NCBI RefSeq assembly: GCF_006345805.1
Contig: NC_043003.1
Coordinates: 103,664,001-103,728,000 of the forward strand
Reading direction: 5' to 3'
Source of the DNA: Octopus sinensis
Taxonomy: Eukaryota
Length of the DNA: 64,000 bases
A program made the translations under genes and the position numbers. Positions 40,878 to 54,287 of the stretch are shown piece by piece; within the stretch, counting starts at the first letter, position 1; the number at the start of each line of letters is the position of its first letter. The notes under the pieces were generated by a model, which worked only from the letters and a program-made list of their open reading frames with translations, had not been told where the DNA came from and did not search any database.

Positions 40878-40884
<7 letters not shown>
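40001..40884 (-). mobile_element. Non-coding tandem (497-nt period) plus inverted element with a hammerhead
   Basis: 40004-40166 is repeated at 40501-40663; arms 40382-40601 and 40664-40884 are near-perfect inverted copies. Confidence 0.85.
40133..40197 (-). ncRNA. Type I hammerhead ribozyme candidate (A10.1-C11.1 mismatch)
   Basis: GTTGCA-CTGATGA-ACATAAAATGCA[tattc]TGCATTTAAATGC-GAAA-TCACATGTGA-TA|TGTAAC. Confidence 0.7.
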
Positions 40885-40911
<27 letters not shown>

Positions 40912-41429
40912 ATATGAAAGGTTTGAAAATACAGTTTTAAAAGGTGTTTATTCACTTGACCGGTTTCACTTTTTTAGAAAAAGATTGTCAAAAGTAACAT
41001 GTAAAAACTTTGTTGTGTTAGGTACTGGTTGTCACAAAATATTGCAATACATATATACATTCTTTGATAATAATAAGAACATGTTAAAAACAGTTTACAA
41101 GAAAAAACATGGGAAAATATTAAAAAGTTCATTAAAATATTAGGCACAAAAAATTACAATACATATATACATTCTTTGATAATAATAAGAAAATGTTAAA
41201 AACAGTTTACAGAAAAAATCTTGAGAAATTATTAAAAAGTTCATAAAACCTATTAGGATTTCATTAAAAATCATGTTTGTTTGGAACAGAAAATTATAAG
41301 TTCAAAAAGGTCATATTTTGGTAGTATATATATACACAGAAGGAGATATATTTAGGAGTTTACAAAGAATTTGGGAGGAACTGACCTGTTTCACCATTTT
41401 ATTGTAAATATATATATATATATATATAC

Positions 41430-42680
41430 AACTGGTTTCTTTCAGTTTCTATCTACCAACTCCACTCACAAGGCTTTGGCTAGCTCAAGTTTATAGTAGA
41501 AAATTATTGCACAAGGTACCACAGTGGGACTGAATCCAGAAAATGTGGTTGGTCACCAAGCTGCTTACCACACAGCCACTCCTGCGCCTATATATATATA
41601 TATATATAATATATATATATATATATTATATATATATATATATACATATATAAATGTTATTGAAATTCATGTGTACCAACGAATTTGAACCAAACTATTT
41701 AGACGCATATATATATATGTATTCAAATTCTGCCAAGGTCAACTTTGCCTTTCATCCTTTTGGGGGTCAATAAATTAACTACCAGTTGCATATTTGGTCG
41801 ATCTAATTGACTGGCCCCTCTCCAAAAGTTTCGGGGCTCTGTGCCTAGAGGAGAAAAGACTATATATAGATATGTATGTATGTGTGTATCTATATAGCTA
41901 TATATATGTGTGTGTATGTCTATATATATCTATATCTATATACATGCATGCATACATACATACATACATATGTAGGTGCATGAGTGGCTGTGTGGTAAAA
42001 GGCTTGCTTCGCAACCACATGGTTTTAGGTTTCGTCCCACTGCGTGTTATCTTGGGCCAGCATTTTCTGCTATACCCTCAGGCCGACCAAAGCCTTGTGA
42101 ACATATTTGATAGATGGAAACTGAAAGGAATCCATCGTATATATATATAATTTTTTTTTTATGCGCTCTTTTCATGGGCCCAGTTTCCTGGTTTCTGTGG
42201 CGTATGTGTTCCCCCCAGCTGGACGGGACGCCAGTCCATCGCAGCGTTATTCAAGAAACAGGGAGAAAGAGTGAGAGAAAGTTGGGGCGAAAGAGTACAA
42301 CAGGGGTCACCACCACCCCCTACTGGAGACTCGTGGAGCTTTAGGTGTTTCCATTGAATAAACACACACAACGCCCAGTCTGGGAATCAAAACCATGCGT
42401 CTACTGCCCTAACCACTGGGCCATTGCGCCTCCACACACACACACACATATATATATATATTTATGTATGTATGCATTTGTGTGTGTGTGTATGTTTGTC
42501 CCTCGTCCATTGCTTGACAGCGAATGTTGGAGTGTTTCCATCCAAGCAACTTAGTGGTTCTGCAAAAGAGACTGAGAGAGTAAGTACTAGGCTTAGAAGA
42601 ATAAGTTGTGGGGTCGACTTGTCCAATTGAATGCAGTGCACCAGCATGGTCACAGTTAAATGACTGAAACTAGTGAAAGA
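41430..42680. mobile_element. Cluster of decayed SINEs (families A, B and a second tRNA-headed family)
   Basis: Heads or tails near 41430-41590 (-), 41720-41850 (+), 41975-42125 (+), 42160-42430 (-) and 42490-42680 (+). Confidence 0.7.
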
Positions 42681-43151
42681 ATACAAGAATATGAATATGT
42701 CATTTTTGGATTTTGTTTGCAAAATTCTTTATATGAGTTCGTGTGTTGAAGCATATTTTGTTGTGTCTGGTGAGAGTAATTTTCTTTTAGTGCCTTATTA
42801 TTTAACACACTCACTGGTAAAGTTTCCACTCATTTACTTATTTATTTTTCCTAAAATTTTTGTTGTGTTTTGCAACCTTTCCAATAGTTGTTGACTCTGT
42901 TTGTTATCCAAGCTGGATTCTGTTTGTTTGTTTGTGCGCATGTGTGTATCAGTGTATGTGCGCATACACATGTATGTATGCATGCATGTAAGTGTGTGTA
43001 TGCATATATGTATGTGTGTGGTTGTGTGTGTGCATATGTATATATGTATGTGTGTATGTTTGTATGTATGTATTCTGCATATTCATGTGTTTGTTTGTGT
43101 TCGTGTGCTTTTGTGTGTGTGTGTGTATCTGTCTTCTTGTATATGCATGTC

Positions 43152-43182
<31 letters not shown>

Positions 43183-43408
43183 CAATGTACTGTGTCTCTA
43201 TGTATGGATGTGCATATCCATATATGTCCTTTTGTGATGTGAAGTGTGTGTGTATGTGGTCATGTGTTTCAGTCTTCATTTGCATATAAGTGTGTGTGTA
43301 TGTGTGCTTGTCTGTTCACATTACCTATGTGTCTAACTGTCTGTATGCCTGTCTCTTTACATTTGTATCCATTTGCCTACATATATTTGCATATACATAT
43401 ACATATGC

Positions 43409-43447
<39 letters not shown>

Positions 43448-43513
43448 TCTACATAACACCCCACTAACAATTCTACCTGTATATAAATATGAACTGTGGG
43501 TATGGGGCTATGA

Positions 43514-43790
43514 TTACCTATACATAGATTTCCCATTTAGTACTGGGGATGTTTCATTTATGAGGACGTACTCTTGTATTTCTCTGAGGGTTGGGTCCTT
43601 TGGGTGCTTGGATAAAATGCAGATGTCAAGTTGACCCAGGTAGCCTCCATGTTCATCCTTGGCATGTTGGTAGAGTATGGAGGACTATTTTTTCTGTCCA
43701 TTTCCTTCCTAAAGACAAGACGTGCTTATACCTGTCTCCTTTCATAGCTCGTCCTACTAGTGTTCATAATAATTTTTCTATCGTCTCGGC
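43514..43790 (-). pseudogene. PLE GIY-YIG C-terminal remnant
   Basis: TSRTSYER, then after a frameshift LYQHAKDEHGG...DPTLREIQEYVLINETSPVLNGK*. Confidence 0.65.
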
Positions 43791-44148
43791 TTAACAGCCC
43801 TCACTGTTTGTTTTCACTGTCCTGTTCTTCTTACCACTTTCACCCTTCACAAAAGATCACAAATATTATTTAATTTGCTTTGCGAGAAGGACTGTTTCAA
43901 TGAAGTCGCATGTTGTCCTTACCTTCGAAACGTGGAGTAGATGAAACAGGGACAACTGAAGAAGGGGAATATTCTTTATGTTGCATGTCTCATTTCTCTG
44001 TTTTTTTCGTTGTCCGAAAAAAAGGTCGTTTTCTATGTTTTTGTTTTTATGTTTTCGTTTCTCATTGTGTTCAACATTTTCTGATGTCCTACATATATAT
44101 GTAGGTATGTACATATATGTATGTATATATGCATATATTTATATTATT

Positions 44149-44189
<41 letters not shown>

Positions 44190-44916
44190 TGTGTCTATAT
44201 ATAAGTATACATATGAATACATTATATATATGTGTGTATTTATATATACATATAAGAATAATAAAATTTAGTAATTGATTTATAATTATAATAGTGGGTA
44301 CATGAAGTGCCATCTTGCTAGAAATAAGAGTTAAATACTTGAAGCATTCCACTATCTCACTGAAAAACATAACAGCTCAATAGAAATGGGGTAAATGAGC
44401 GAAGAAATTTAACTTACCATCTGAGCTGAAAACTTTGGAATAAGGTAATACATATACCTGTATCATGATTTCGAATTTTGGATAATCCCTTTATTCTCTT
44501 TAGCAGATCTTATGAAATACTAGTGTTAAAAATCCCACTTGCCTTGTTTGCCTGTTCAACACTTAGCGGATACACAGAAGCTTGTAGGATTTTGAACCCT
44601 AGGTATTTAGTAAGACCTGCTGAGGGGAATGAAGGAATGAACCAAAATTCAAAGTTATGATACAGGTATATCTATTACCTCATTCTACAGCTTTCACCTG
44701 AGATTTGCTCATTTGCCTAATTTCTGTTGGTCTGTTATGTCTTTCAGTGAGATAGTGGCTTGTTTGGAGATTTTAATTCTTATTTCTTGGACGTGAGTAC
44801 TTCATATACACTCTATTATAATTACAAATTAATTATAAAATTCTATTGTTTAGCCATTTAGCAGCAATAATAATAATGTCCAAATGAGTATTCCTTTGAA
44901 TACTTACTCATTTATA

Positions 44917-44970
<54 letters not shown>

Positions 44971-45213
44971 TATGTACATATACATATATTTACATATAGG
45001 GAGAGTTTACAAAAAAAATAAAAGACGAAGACAGGTGATGTAGAAGACAAACATATATACATACACATACATGTGTATGTGTGTGTATATATATATATAT
45101 ATATTGTGGGTTAACAAGGCTGTAGTGTTGAGCACTCATTCTCACTGTTCAGTATTATGATATTTTTTTTTCTAGTTTCAGCTCAGAGCTGCGGCCATGC
45201 TGATGCACTGCCG

Positions 45214-45256
<43 letters not shown>

Positions 45257-45432
45257 ATGTATATATTATCTCAATGAAAAATGACTGCATTCTGAAAATT
45301 CTTCTGTATGGCCAATACGTGGAGTGATATTATGAGAAAGGAAGACCTCTCCTTAAGAATAAGGATAAGTTGAAGCAATCACTAAAATGTCTGCAGCTTA
45401 AACTGATATCTTAGGAAAGTTATTGCCCAGAT

Positions 45433-45600
45433 TATTGGTTCCCAACCCTTTTATTTTAATCAGTGTTCCCACGGACCCCTTTTAATATGCTCATCCTTAT
45501 GTATATATATATATATAAAATTTTGAACTTAGTTCACAGACTCCTGTACTATCTTTGCAGACCAGCTAGGGGTCCACAGACCCTAGGTTTAGAACCACTG
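45433..45600. mobile_element. hAT-type MITE
   Basis: TGGTTCCCAACC ... GGTTTAGAACCACTG termini. Confidence 0.65.
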
Positions 45601-45946
45601 GCTTATGTCGATCTGTATGGCATAAAATGTGTGAGGATGCATCCAAAGAATTTGAGTTGAAGGAAAAGAATAACAGAACTCTATCCTGCAATCAACAGAC
45701 ACACCTGCCCAATCCCTGGCAAGATCAAAATCATTAATGTCCCTATTGCGACTTCATAGCAAAATCCATACCTGGACCAAAATTTCATGTATGCATCCAT
45801 CACAAATAGATGCAGCTTCTCAGTTTTCTTTGCTCCTTCTTTCTACTACTCTCTTTAATTCTAAGTCTTCTCCAAATACTTATATGTGGAAACTGATGAG
45901 ACCAACCACCATCCTATATATATATTATCTTTTACTTATTTCACTC

Positions 45947-46238
45947 GTGGAGGCGCAATGGCCCAGTGGTTAGGGCAGTGAACTCGTGGTCGTAGGATCG
46001 CAGTTTCGATTCCCAGACCGTGCGTTGTGTGTGTTTATTGATTGAAAACACCTAAAGCTCCATGAGGCTCCGGCAGGTGGGTGGTGGCGATCCCTGCTGT
46101 ACTCTTTCTCACTCTTTCTTCTGTTGGCCTGCTCGCTTAGCCAGCGGGGTGGCGTCATTTGAAGGCTAAAACAATGTGAAGCGCATGGTGACCAGTGATG
46201 TGTAGCAACATCTGATAGCCTGGTCGGTCACGGTGATC
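45947..46238 (+). mobile_element. tRNA-headed SINE (third family)
   Basis: GGCGCAATGGCCCAGTGGTTAGGG...GTTTCGATTCC head; reverse copy near 42160-42430. Confidence 0.75.
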
Positions 46239-46454
46239 ACTTATTTCACTCACTAGACTGTGGCCATGCTGTGTCACTGCCTTGAAGAGTTTAGTTGAAG
46301 AAATGAACTCCAATGCATAGTTTTTTAAATTTTAGTATTTATTCAGTTGGTATCTTTTGTCAAATTGCTAAGTTACAGGGATGTCAACCAACCAACACCA
46401 GTGGTCAAGTGGTAGTGGGGGACAAACACATACACACACATATATCACATACAC

Positions 46455-46855
46455 ATATACTCTTTTACTTGTTTCACTCATTTGACTGCGGCCAAGCTGG
46501 AGCACCACATTTAGTTGAATAAATCGACCCCAGGACTTTTCTTTGTAAGCTTAGTACTTATTTTTTCGGTTTCTTTTTGTCGAACCGCTATATGACGAGG
46601 ATATAAACACACCGATATCGGTTGTCAAGTGATGGTAGGGGGACAAACACAGACTTAAACAACAAACGCATACATGCATATATATATATATATATGACGG
46701 GCTTCTTTCAGTTTCCGTCTACCAAATCTACTCACAAGGCTTTGGTCGGCCCGAGGCTATAGTAGAAGACGCTTAGCCAGAGCAGTGGTACAAAACACTT
46801 GCTCAGTGTCACACAGTGGGACCGAACCCGGAAAGCAAGCTTCTTATCACACACC
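46455..46855 (-). mobile_element. SINE family A
   Basis: Reverse complement of 19026-19394. Confidence 0.8.
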
Positions 46856-47256
46856 CAATACAAATACGTGAAAGTATAGAAAAAAAAAATGAAGTTAAAA
46901 CTGCTCAGAGAATAATTAGAATTAATTAGATTTTGAAATATAGGGATATACTTGAACAGTATAGTTTATTGAGTTGTCTCAAGAATTATGTCTTTCTGGC
47001 TGTTATGAAAATTGTTTGTACACACACGTTCTGACACATTGCTACAAATGTATAGGCAGGATGTGTTTAATTGATCAATACTTTTGTGATTTAATGTGGT
47101 TTGAACTTAGATTATTTCGTCCGAGGACCTTTTTTGATTCCTTCAGTTAAAACTCCCAACTCCCTCTCAAATTCTTTTTTTCACTGTAATTTCTTTTTGT
47201 TACTCAAGTGTACGTCACCCTTTAATTTTTCCTGACTTATTTCTTTCCCCGCATAC

Positions 47257-47287
<31 letters not shown>

Positions 47288-47399
47288 CATACATACATTG
47301 TTGCTAATTAGTATAATAATTAGAGCTTGATCTTAGCCATCACACAAACTCTGTTTGATTCGTTACGTTTCTGTTGCTTTCACTCTTCTTTATTTTTGA

Positions 47400-48060
47400 A
47401 CAACTCCATTTATTTTACTTTTCATTTACTTTTTACTCCTCTCTTTCTCTTTTCTTAGTTTTCTTTCACCGCCTCTCAAAATATTTATGCCTCTCGTTAT
47501 TTCACATTGTTTCTTCTCGCCTCCCCTTCTCATAAACTGCTTCCCCCTCTCTTTGTATTGCTTACTGTTTCTTATCACGAACTGCCCCCCTCTCTCTCTT
47601 TATATTTCTTCACATCTCTTTCGGTAAGCTACTCTTTTCCCACTTCTCATGTGTTTCTTCTCTTTCCCCTCCTCTTCACTTCTCTCTCTCTTTGTATACT
47701 GATTGTATTCACCTCCCCTTCTCAGAAGTTTTCTTCTTCCTCTGTCTGTATCTCCTTATTATTATTCTCACTCTCCTTCTCCTCGCAAGTCAGTTACCCC
47801 CCCTCTCTCTGTATTTCTTGCTGTTATTTTCCTCCTCCCCACTCATATTCTCCGCTCCTTTCCTTCTTGTTTTTATTTCTTTTTAACCGTTGGTAATCCT
47901 CCGCCCGCATCCTTTCTTTTTCTGCCTTTAATTCTTCTCTTCTCGCCCATCTCCTTCTCCTTTCTCACATTCACTTTCTTTCTTCCGATGATGCTTTGCA
48001 TGGATTTCCTTGTTTAAAGAACAACAAACAACTCCACTTCGTCACACTTTTCTGGCTGCT
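47400..48060. repeat. Polypyrimidine low-complexity tract
   Basis: Strong C/T bias on the + strand. Confidence 0.85.
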
Positions 48061-50859
48061 CATACTTTTTGTCAACGACCCTTAATAAAACCACCACCAC
48101 CACCACCACAAATAATAATAATAACAACAGTAACAAGCAGCAACATCGACATCAACAACATTCTCAGCGACAGCAACCAACATTTACTACGTTTGCCGAC
48201 CTCAGTAATTATTATTATTATTATTCCTCTTATTGTTTTGTTTTATAACCTTGTAATTTTTTTAGCCTGAGTAAATGCATGCTCACCACTGCATCCCCTC
48301 TTAAATTCAAACCGACTGGCTTTATTTATGTTTATATATGAACCCATTGTGCTGTGATTGCTTACAATTAAACCTGATTATAAATAAGGTCGTGTTTTTT
48401 CCATGTCTAGGGGTTCGTGTCTATGATTTATATTGTATGTTTAAATTTTGTGGACGCGGGGGGGGGTCCGTTGGGTTGGTTGTAGGACTTTAGGGGACCG
48501 TGCTCGTTATTAAGTGAATTAATTAGCAGCAAATATGTCTATTAAGTGTCGATCCTCCACTTTTTCATCGTCTCCGCTTTTCTCTGCTTCGTTGTATTTC
48601 TGTTCAACGATTTGACAACGACAAAACTTTCTTGTCCTCCATCCTAATACTTCTATGTCTTGTCAGCATCATCATCATCATCATCGTCCTTACTTTGTGC
48701 TCTCAGATCGTTCCTACTCAAAATAAGGACGGAAGCGTATTTTTGAATTCGGTGCCGTTTTAATGTATTTATTTATCGCTTTCTCATTCACCCGGAAGAA
48801 GCTACTTCACTGTTAATGGTGGAATAGGCGGTATTTTATAACACGAAACTCATAAGAACCGAAATGCATAATGCCAAGGTATCTCGTCCAACGTTCTTAC
48901 AGTTCCGCTCTGTTCAGGTATTTTGTTTATCAAACCCGAAAGGATAGGTTGCCGGATTGACTAGGGCGGGATTAGAACTGAGAGCTGTAGTAGAGGGAGT
49001 CGGATCATATATCCACTTGGCCACCCGACACTAACGGCTCTGTTAATACCATCTTTTTATACTTCCTTCTCTCTTTCACATCCATTTACCTCTTGTCTAT
49101 TTGATGATCAGGTTTCGGGCACATTCCTTGTTTAAAGAAAAACAACTCCTCCACCCGTCGCATTTTTTGACTGCTTACATTTCTATATACTTTTCTTTCT
49201 TTCAGTAAACCTTATTAAATCATCCACATTAAAAATACCAACAGTAATTATCGACATTTTACTTCCGTCAGCAGTTATGTGAGAAATTATTATTATTTTT
49301 CGCCCCCCACCAACGTCATCTTTGCCTTTCGTCCTTACAGGGTCAAAACAAATAAAGTACTGATAACCATCCCCTTCCATAAGGTTGCTGACCTTGTGCC
49401 AATATTTGAAACCAGGCAGCACACCGAGGTCAACTTTGTCTTTCATCATTTCGGGGTCGATAAAATGAATTACCAGTCAAATACTCGGGTTGATGTAATC
49501 GATTTAACTTTCTCGCCCTAAAACTACAAAGCCTTGGGCCAAAATTTGAAACTATTATTTTTTGTTCTTTAATTTGATATCTTATATCACCTTGGGGAAA
49601 CACATGCTTATCACAGCATCACTGTTTCCTTTCTTAAATTTATACCGAATGTCCTTTATTCATGAAACAATTGTTTTGTTGTTTATTGCTGTTATTATTT
49701 AGACCTAATTTATAATATCGTGCATTTTTTTAACGATGTCTGATGATTTAAACGTTTCTTAACATTCAAATTTCGCTCGTCGTCGACTTTGTTTTTTAAC
49801 CCTCATCAAGGACGGGATGATTGATAAGTTAATTTAATCGATCGCATGACAAAGTAGAGAAAGGGCCTTATGTTTTGGCCATAAGCAGCATACGTGTGTG
49901 TTTACTGCAATGCTACTCGGTTACACTGAGTTTCGCGAGGGTATTCGTCAAGAGTAATCTGGAAGATCCACGCACTACAATAACTATATTCTCCTGTATC
50001 GAATACTTGTTTGTAAATCCAGACAGACATGTATAAGGATACACTATATATATATATATACACACATACATACATATATATACACATACATATATATATA
50101 TCTGGTAGATTCCCTTGTCATGGACGACAAATGAGAGTTCAGTAAAATAAAGCATCGACCATGTTCTATGGACACAAATGAGGCCTGCTGGTGCCTTGCA
50201 AACCTTTTGGCAAATTATGTAGATATATATTATCTATGTGTATTTATACATCCTCAATTTCGCAGAAGGGTGGGGATCTGCCCGTCTACGGAGGCTGCAG
50301 GCTTATTGTCGGCTGATTGAGGGCGATAAGGATTGGTCTGATTAAGGACAGACAACCCGGCCGCAGTGGCTGCCACGGAAATTATGCTTTTGCCTTCCGT
50401 GATGCTTTGTCCACGTACACTTACGTATACGTGTATATGTACACTTGTGTATACACGTATGGGCTATGTATACTCCTCTCCCAGACTGATATGTATCATT
50501 CTATTTATGTCCGGGTTTTCTATGTTTGCATGGATTGGACGGGCCTTTTTGAGGAAGTGCTTTAAAGCCGGATGCCCTTCCTGGCACCGATCCTTGTAAT
50601 CGCCTCTTACGACATGCAGGGATTTGATATATATGCATACATGCAGACACATACATGGTACATGGGTGTTTACATGCATATATATGTATGGCATACTTGT
50701 ATGTAACACACACGTGTGTATGTGTGTGCATGTATGTATATATTCATGTGTATGTATATACACGTATGTATATGTAAGCATATTTGTATGTGTATATATA
50801 AGTATATGGAAATTACTTTGTTTACATGCTTGCTTGTACATATGTTCGAGTGTGTGTGG

Positions 50860-50900
<41 letters not shown>

Positions 50901-50965
50901 CGCACACACACACTCGAACATTACATATATATATATATATATATGTTCGAGTGTGTGTGTGTGTG

Positions 50966-51032
<67 letters not shown>

Positions 51033-51408
51033 TCGAACAGATATATATATCAGTACGGTTTTCTTATTTGATTCCATCTCTGCAGTCCAGTTTCGGTTTA
51101 TAATCATTTACCATTATTCTCCAACGAAGCTTCCTTCTTCACTCCATCCGATTTTTAAAAATCTCCAAAAACAAAAACATTCTCCTCCTCCCCCTCCTCC
51201 AGTCTCTGCCAACCGACAACTTCCATCATGTCGTCCGTCTTGTCAGCTTCTCTCTTCTTTCTTTTGCTCCTTTTTGCTCCGTCTTTTTCTCCTGCACGTG
51301 AACAATGGACGGTGTTTCTCCTGTGTCTGTTTTGTTTACTTTATTTGTATGTATGTATATATGTATATATATAAATAAATATATATGTATATATATGTAT
51401 ATATATAT

Positions 51409-51464
<56 letters not shown>

Positions 51465-53276
51465 AATATATATGCATACATATACACATATATATATTTA
51501 TATATTTATACACACACATTTTGACATTTCCAAACAACAGGAGTTCCTAATCGTACATATATATATATATTCACACGTTAATATACATTCGTGTACATTC
51601 TTCTGTTTTATTGGTTTCATCCAGGGTTGAGACCATGCCATAGGTAGGTAGGTTGATAGAGATAGATAGATAGATAGATAGGAAGGTAGATAGATAGACA
51701 GATAGGTAGATAGATAGGTAGGTAGGTAGATAGGTAGGTAGAAAGATAGAGATAGATAGGAAGGTAGATAGATAGATAGGAAGGTAAATAGAAAGATAGA
51801 TAGGCAGATAGATAGATAGATAAATAGATAGACAGACAGGTAGGTAGATAGATAGACAGGCTTTCTCTTGTATACATTCTTTGTGTATTTGTGTGTTTTC
51901 TCGTGAAATTTTTTTTTTTTTTTTATAAACAGTGAATATCGACTTATTTCTTTCCTGAACAATTGTCTATATTCCTACTCTAGAAATAATTTTTTTGAAA
52001 GCTTTTGTCTTTTTGCCGGCATGACGAAACTTTTTTTTTTTCCAGTATAATGTCTTTATTGTGATGTTCATGCCTTTTCCACAGACAAGTATGTAAAGTG
52101 TGCAAAAATTTCATTTGGGATCGAAATCTCATCATAGATTCATTTCACAGTTGACGTTCGGCCCCTATTGTCGCCATCGTCGTCGTTTAACCCCCGGTCA
52201 GCCATGATGACTATAAACAAAGGCATTGCAATCCTGACCATTCTGTCATCCCGGGCGTGGAAGCACAAATTGTCCAATGTCTCATTCCTACTTTTTTGTT
52301 CAAGACGAGATTTGAGGTTTGATGCACTTTCCCCCTCCCCCTCCTCTCTCTCTCTCTCTCTTTCTAGCAATGACAATGATCTGGTAGAGGCGGCCACCAC
52401 ATTGATGCTCCCTGCTTCTCTTTAGTCCTCATCTTGTTATCGATGCACCCAGGGACGTACAGGATTACACACACACACACAAACACACACAGACATGCAC
52501 TGACGTAAACAGACAAACGCACATACAGATACAACTACACAGACACACACACACACATACACACACACAGACACACACACAGACACGCGCTCACACACAG
52601 ACATGCACTCACACAAACAGACAAACGCACATACAGATAAAACTACACAGACACACACACACATATAGACGTGCTCACACACACAGACAAACAGACAAAC
52701 GCACATACAGATACAAATACACAGACACACACACACACATACAGACACGCGCTCACACACACAGACATGCACTCACGCAAACAGACAAACGCACATACAG
52801 ATAAACTACACACACATCTCTGAGTGTATCAATATATTTTACATGAAATAATTGTATTCCTGGCTTGGTCTTGATTGCCAGGACCATTCCATGTTTTATG
52901 ACGAGAATGTGTCTCCGAGAGTTTGTCATCTAATGTGTTCTTTGTTGTCCTTTGACAGTATCCTGTGATTTCGAGTACGTTTGATTGTTCTCATTAAAAA
53001 CATAGACTCTGACACGTTGCATTCATTCTAATGTTTGTACACACACACACGCATACATACACGCATACACACACACACATACATACACACACATACATAC
53101 ACACACACATACACACTTACACACACACATACATATTTAGACACATTCATTTGCGCGCGCATATGTTCCCATAACAATAACAGTATTTCATTTTCAAGTA
53201 TAAACACGCAATGTGTGTGTATATATTTATATATTTACACACATAAGTGCGTTGATTTTTCATATTTACATCACTT

Positions 53277-53510
53277 AAGGCGGCGAGCTGGCAGAACCGT
53301 TAGCACGCCGGGCGAAATGCGTAGCCGTATTTCGTTTGCCGTTACGTTCTGAGTTCAAATTCCACCGACGTCGACTTTGCCTTTCATCCTTTTGGGGTCG
53401 ATAAATTAAGTACCACTTACGCACTGGGGTCGATGTAATCGACTTAATCCCTTTGTCCGTCCTTGTTTATCCCCTCTGTGTTTAGCCCCTTGTGGGCAGT
53501 AAAGAAACTT
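53277..53510 (+). mobile_element. SINE family B, full length
   Basis: AAGGCGGCGAGCTGGCAGAACCG...GCCCCTTGTGGGCAGTAAAGAAA. Confidence 0.85.
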
Positions 53511-53827
53511 AGTTACCTAACAACTATCCATTACATCAAATCAGGTTTTATATATATATATATATTTATTTATTTATTTGTTGATATATATATATTTATT
53601 TATTTATTTGTTGAAATATATATATTTATTTATTTATTTGTTTATATATATTTATATATGTATATATATATATATATGTATATATATATAAAATAAGAAA
53701 ATGGAGAAATACATCTAAATCAATTATCAACTACCAGATAATACCCAATCACATACTTTATTAAACCACTACATATGAACATAGGTCAAACATAATAATA
53801 TTATATATATATATACATATGTATATA

Positions 53828-53990
53828 TAGGGAAAGTTTACAAAAAACAAAAGACGAAGGTGTACAAAACAAACAGATGTATTAGTATAATGCTCAGGAC
53901 TAGAAGAAGTCTTTTATGTTTCGAGCCTACGCTCTTTACAGAAAGGGACACAGAAAAAACAAGGAGAGAAAACAATGTGTGTAGTGGCTG
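53828..53990 (-). mobile_element. PLE-derived short repeat (same family as 5081-5276)
   Basis: TTTCGAGCCTACGCTCTT core. Confidence 0.6.
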
Positions 53991-54110
53991 TATATGTATA
54001 TATATGTATAGGTATGTATATATATATATATTTATGTATATATTTATATGTGTGTATATATATATATTTATGCGTGTGTATATATGTGTGTGTGTGTGTA
54101 TATATATGTG

Positions 54111-54141
<31 letters not shown>

Positions 54142-54210
54142 GTGTGTATATATATTTATATGTGTATATATATTTATATGTATATATATATTTATATGTA
54201 TATATATATT

Positions 54211-54250
<40 letters not shown>

Positions 54251-54287
54251 TATTATATGTATATATATGTATATGTATATTTATATG

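Noticed and set aside
52070-52095. Possible microexon (TTTTCCACAG|ACAA|GTATGT)
   Set aside because: Such motifs occur by chance; no host gene or transcript evidence.
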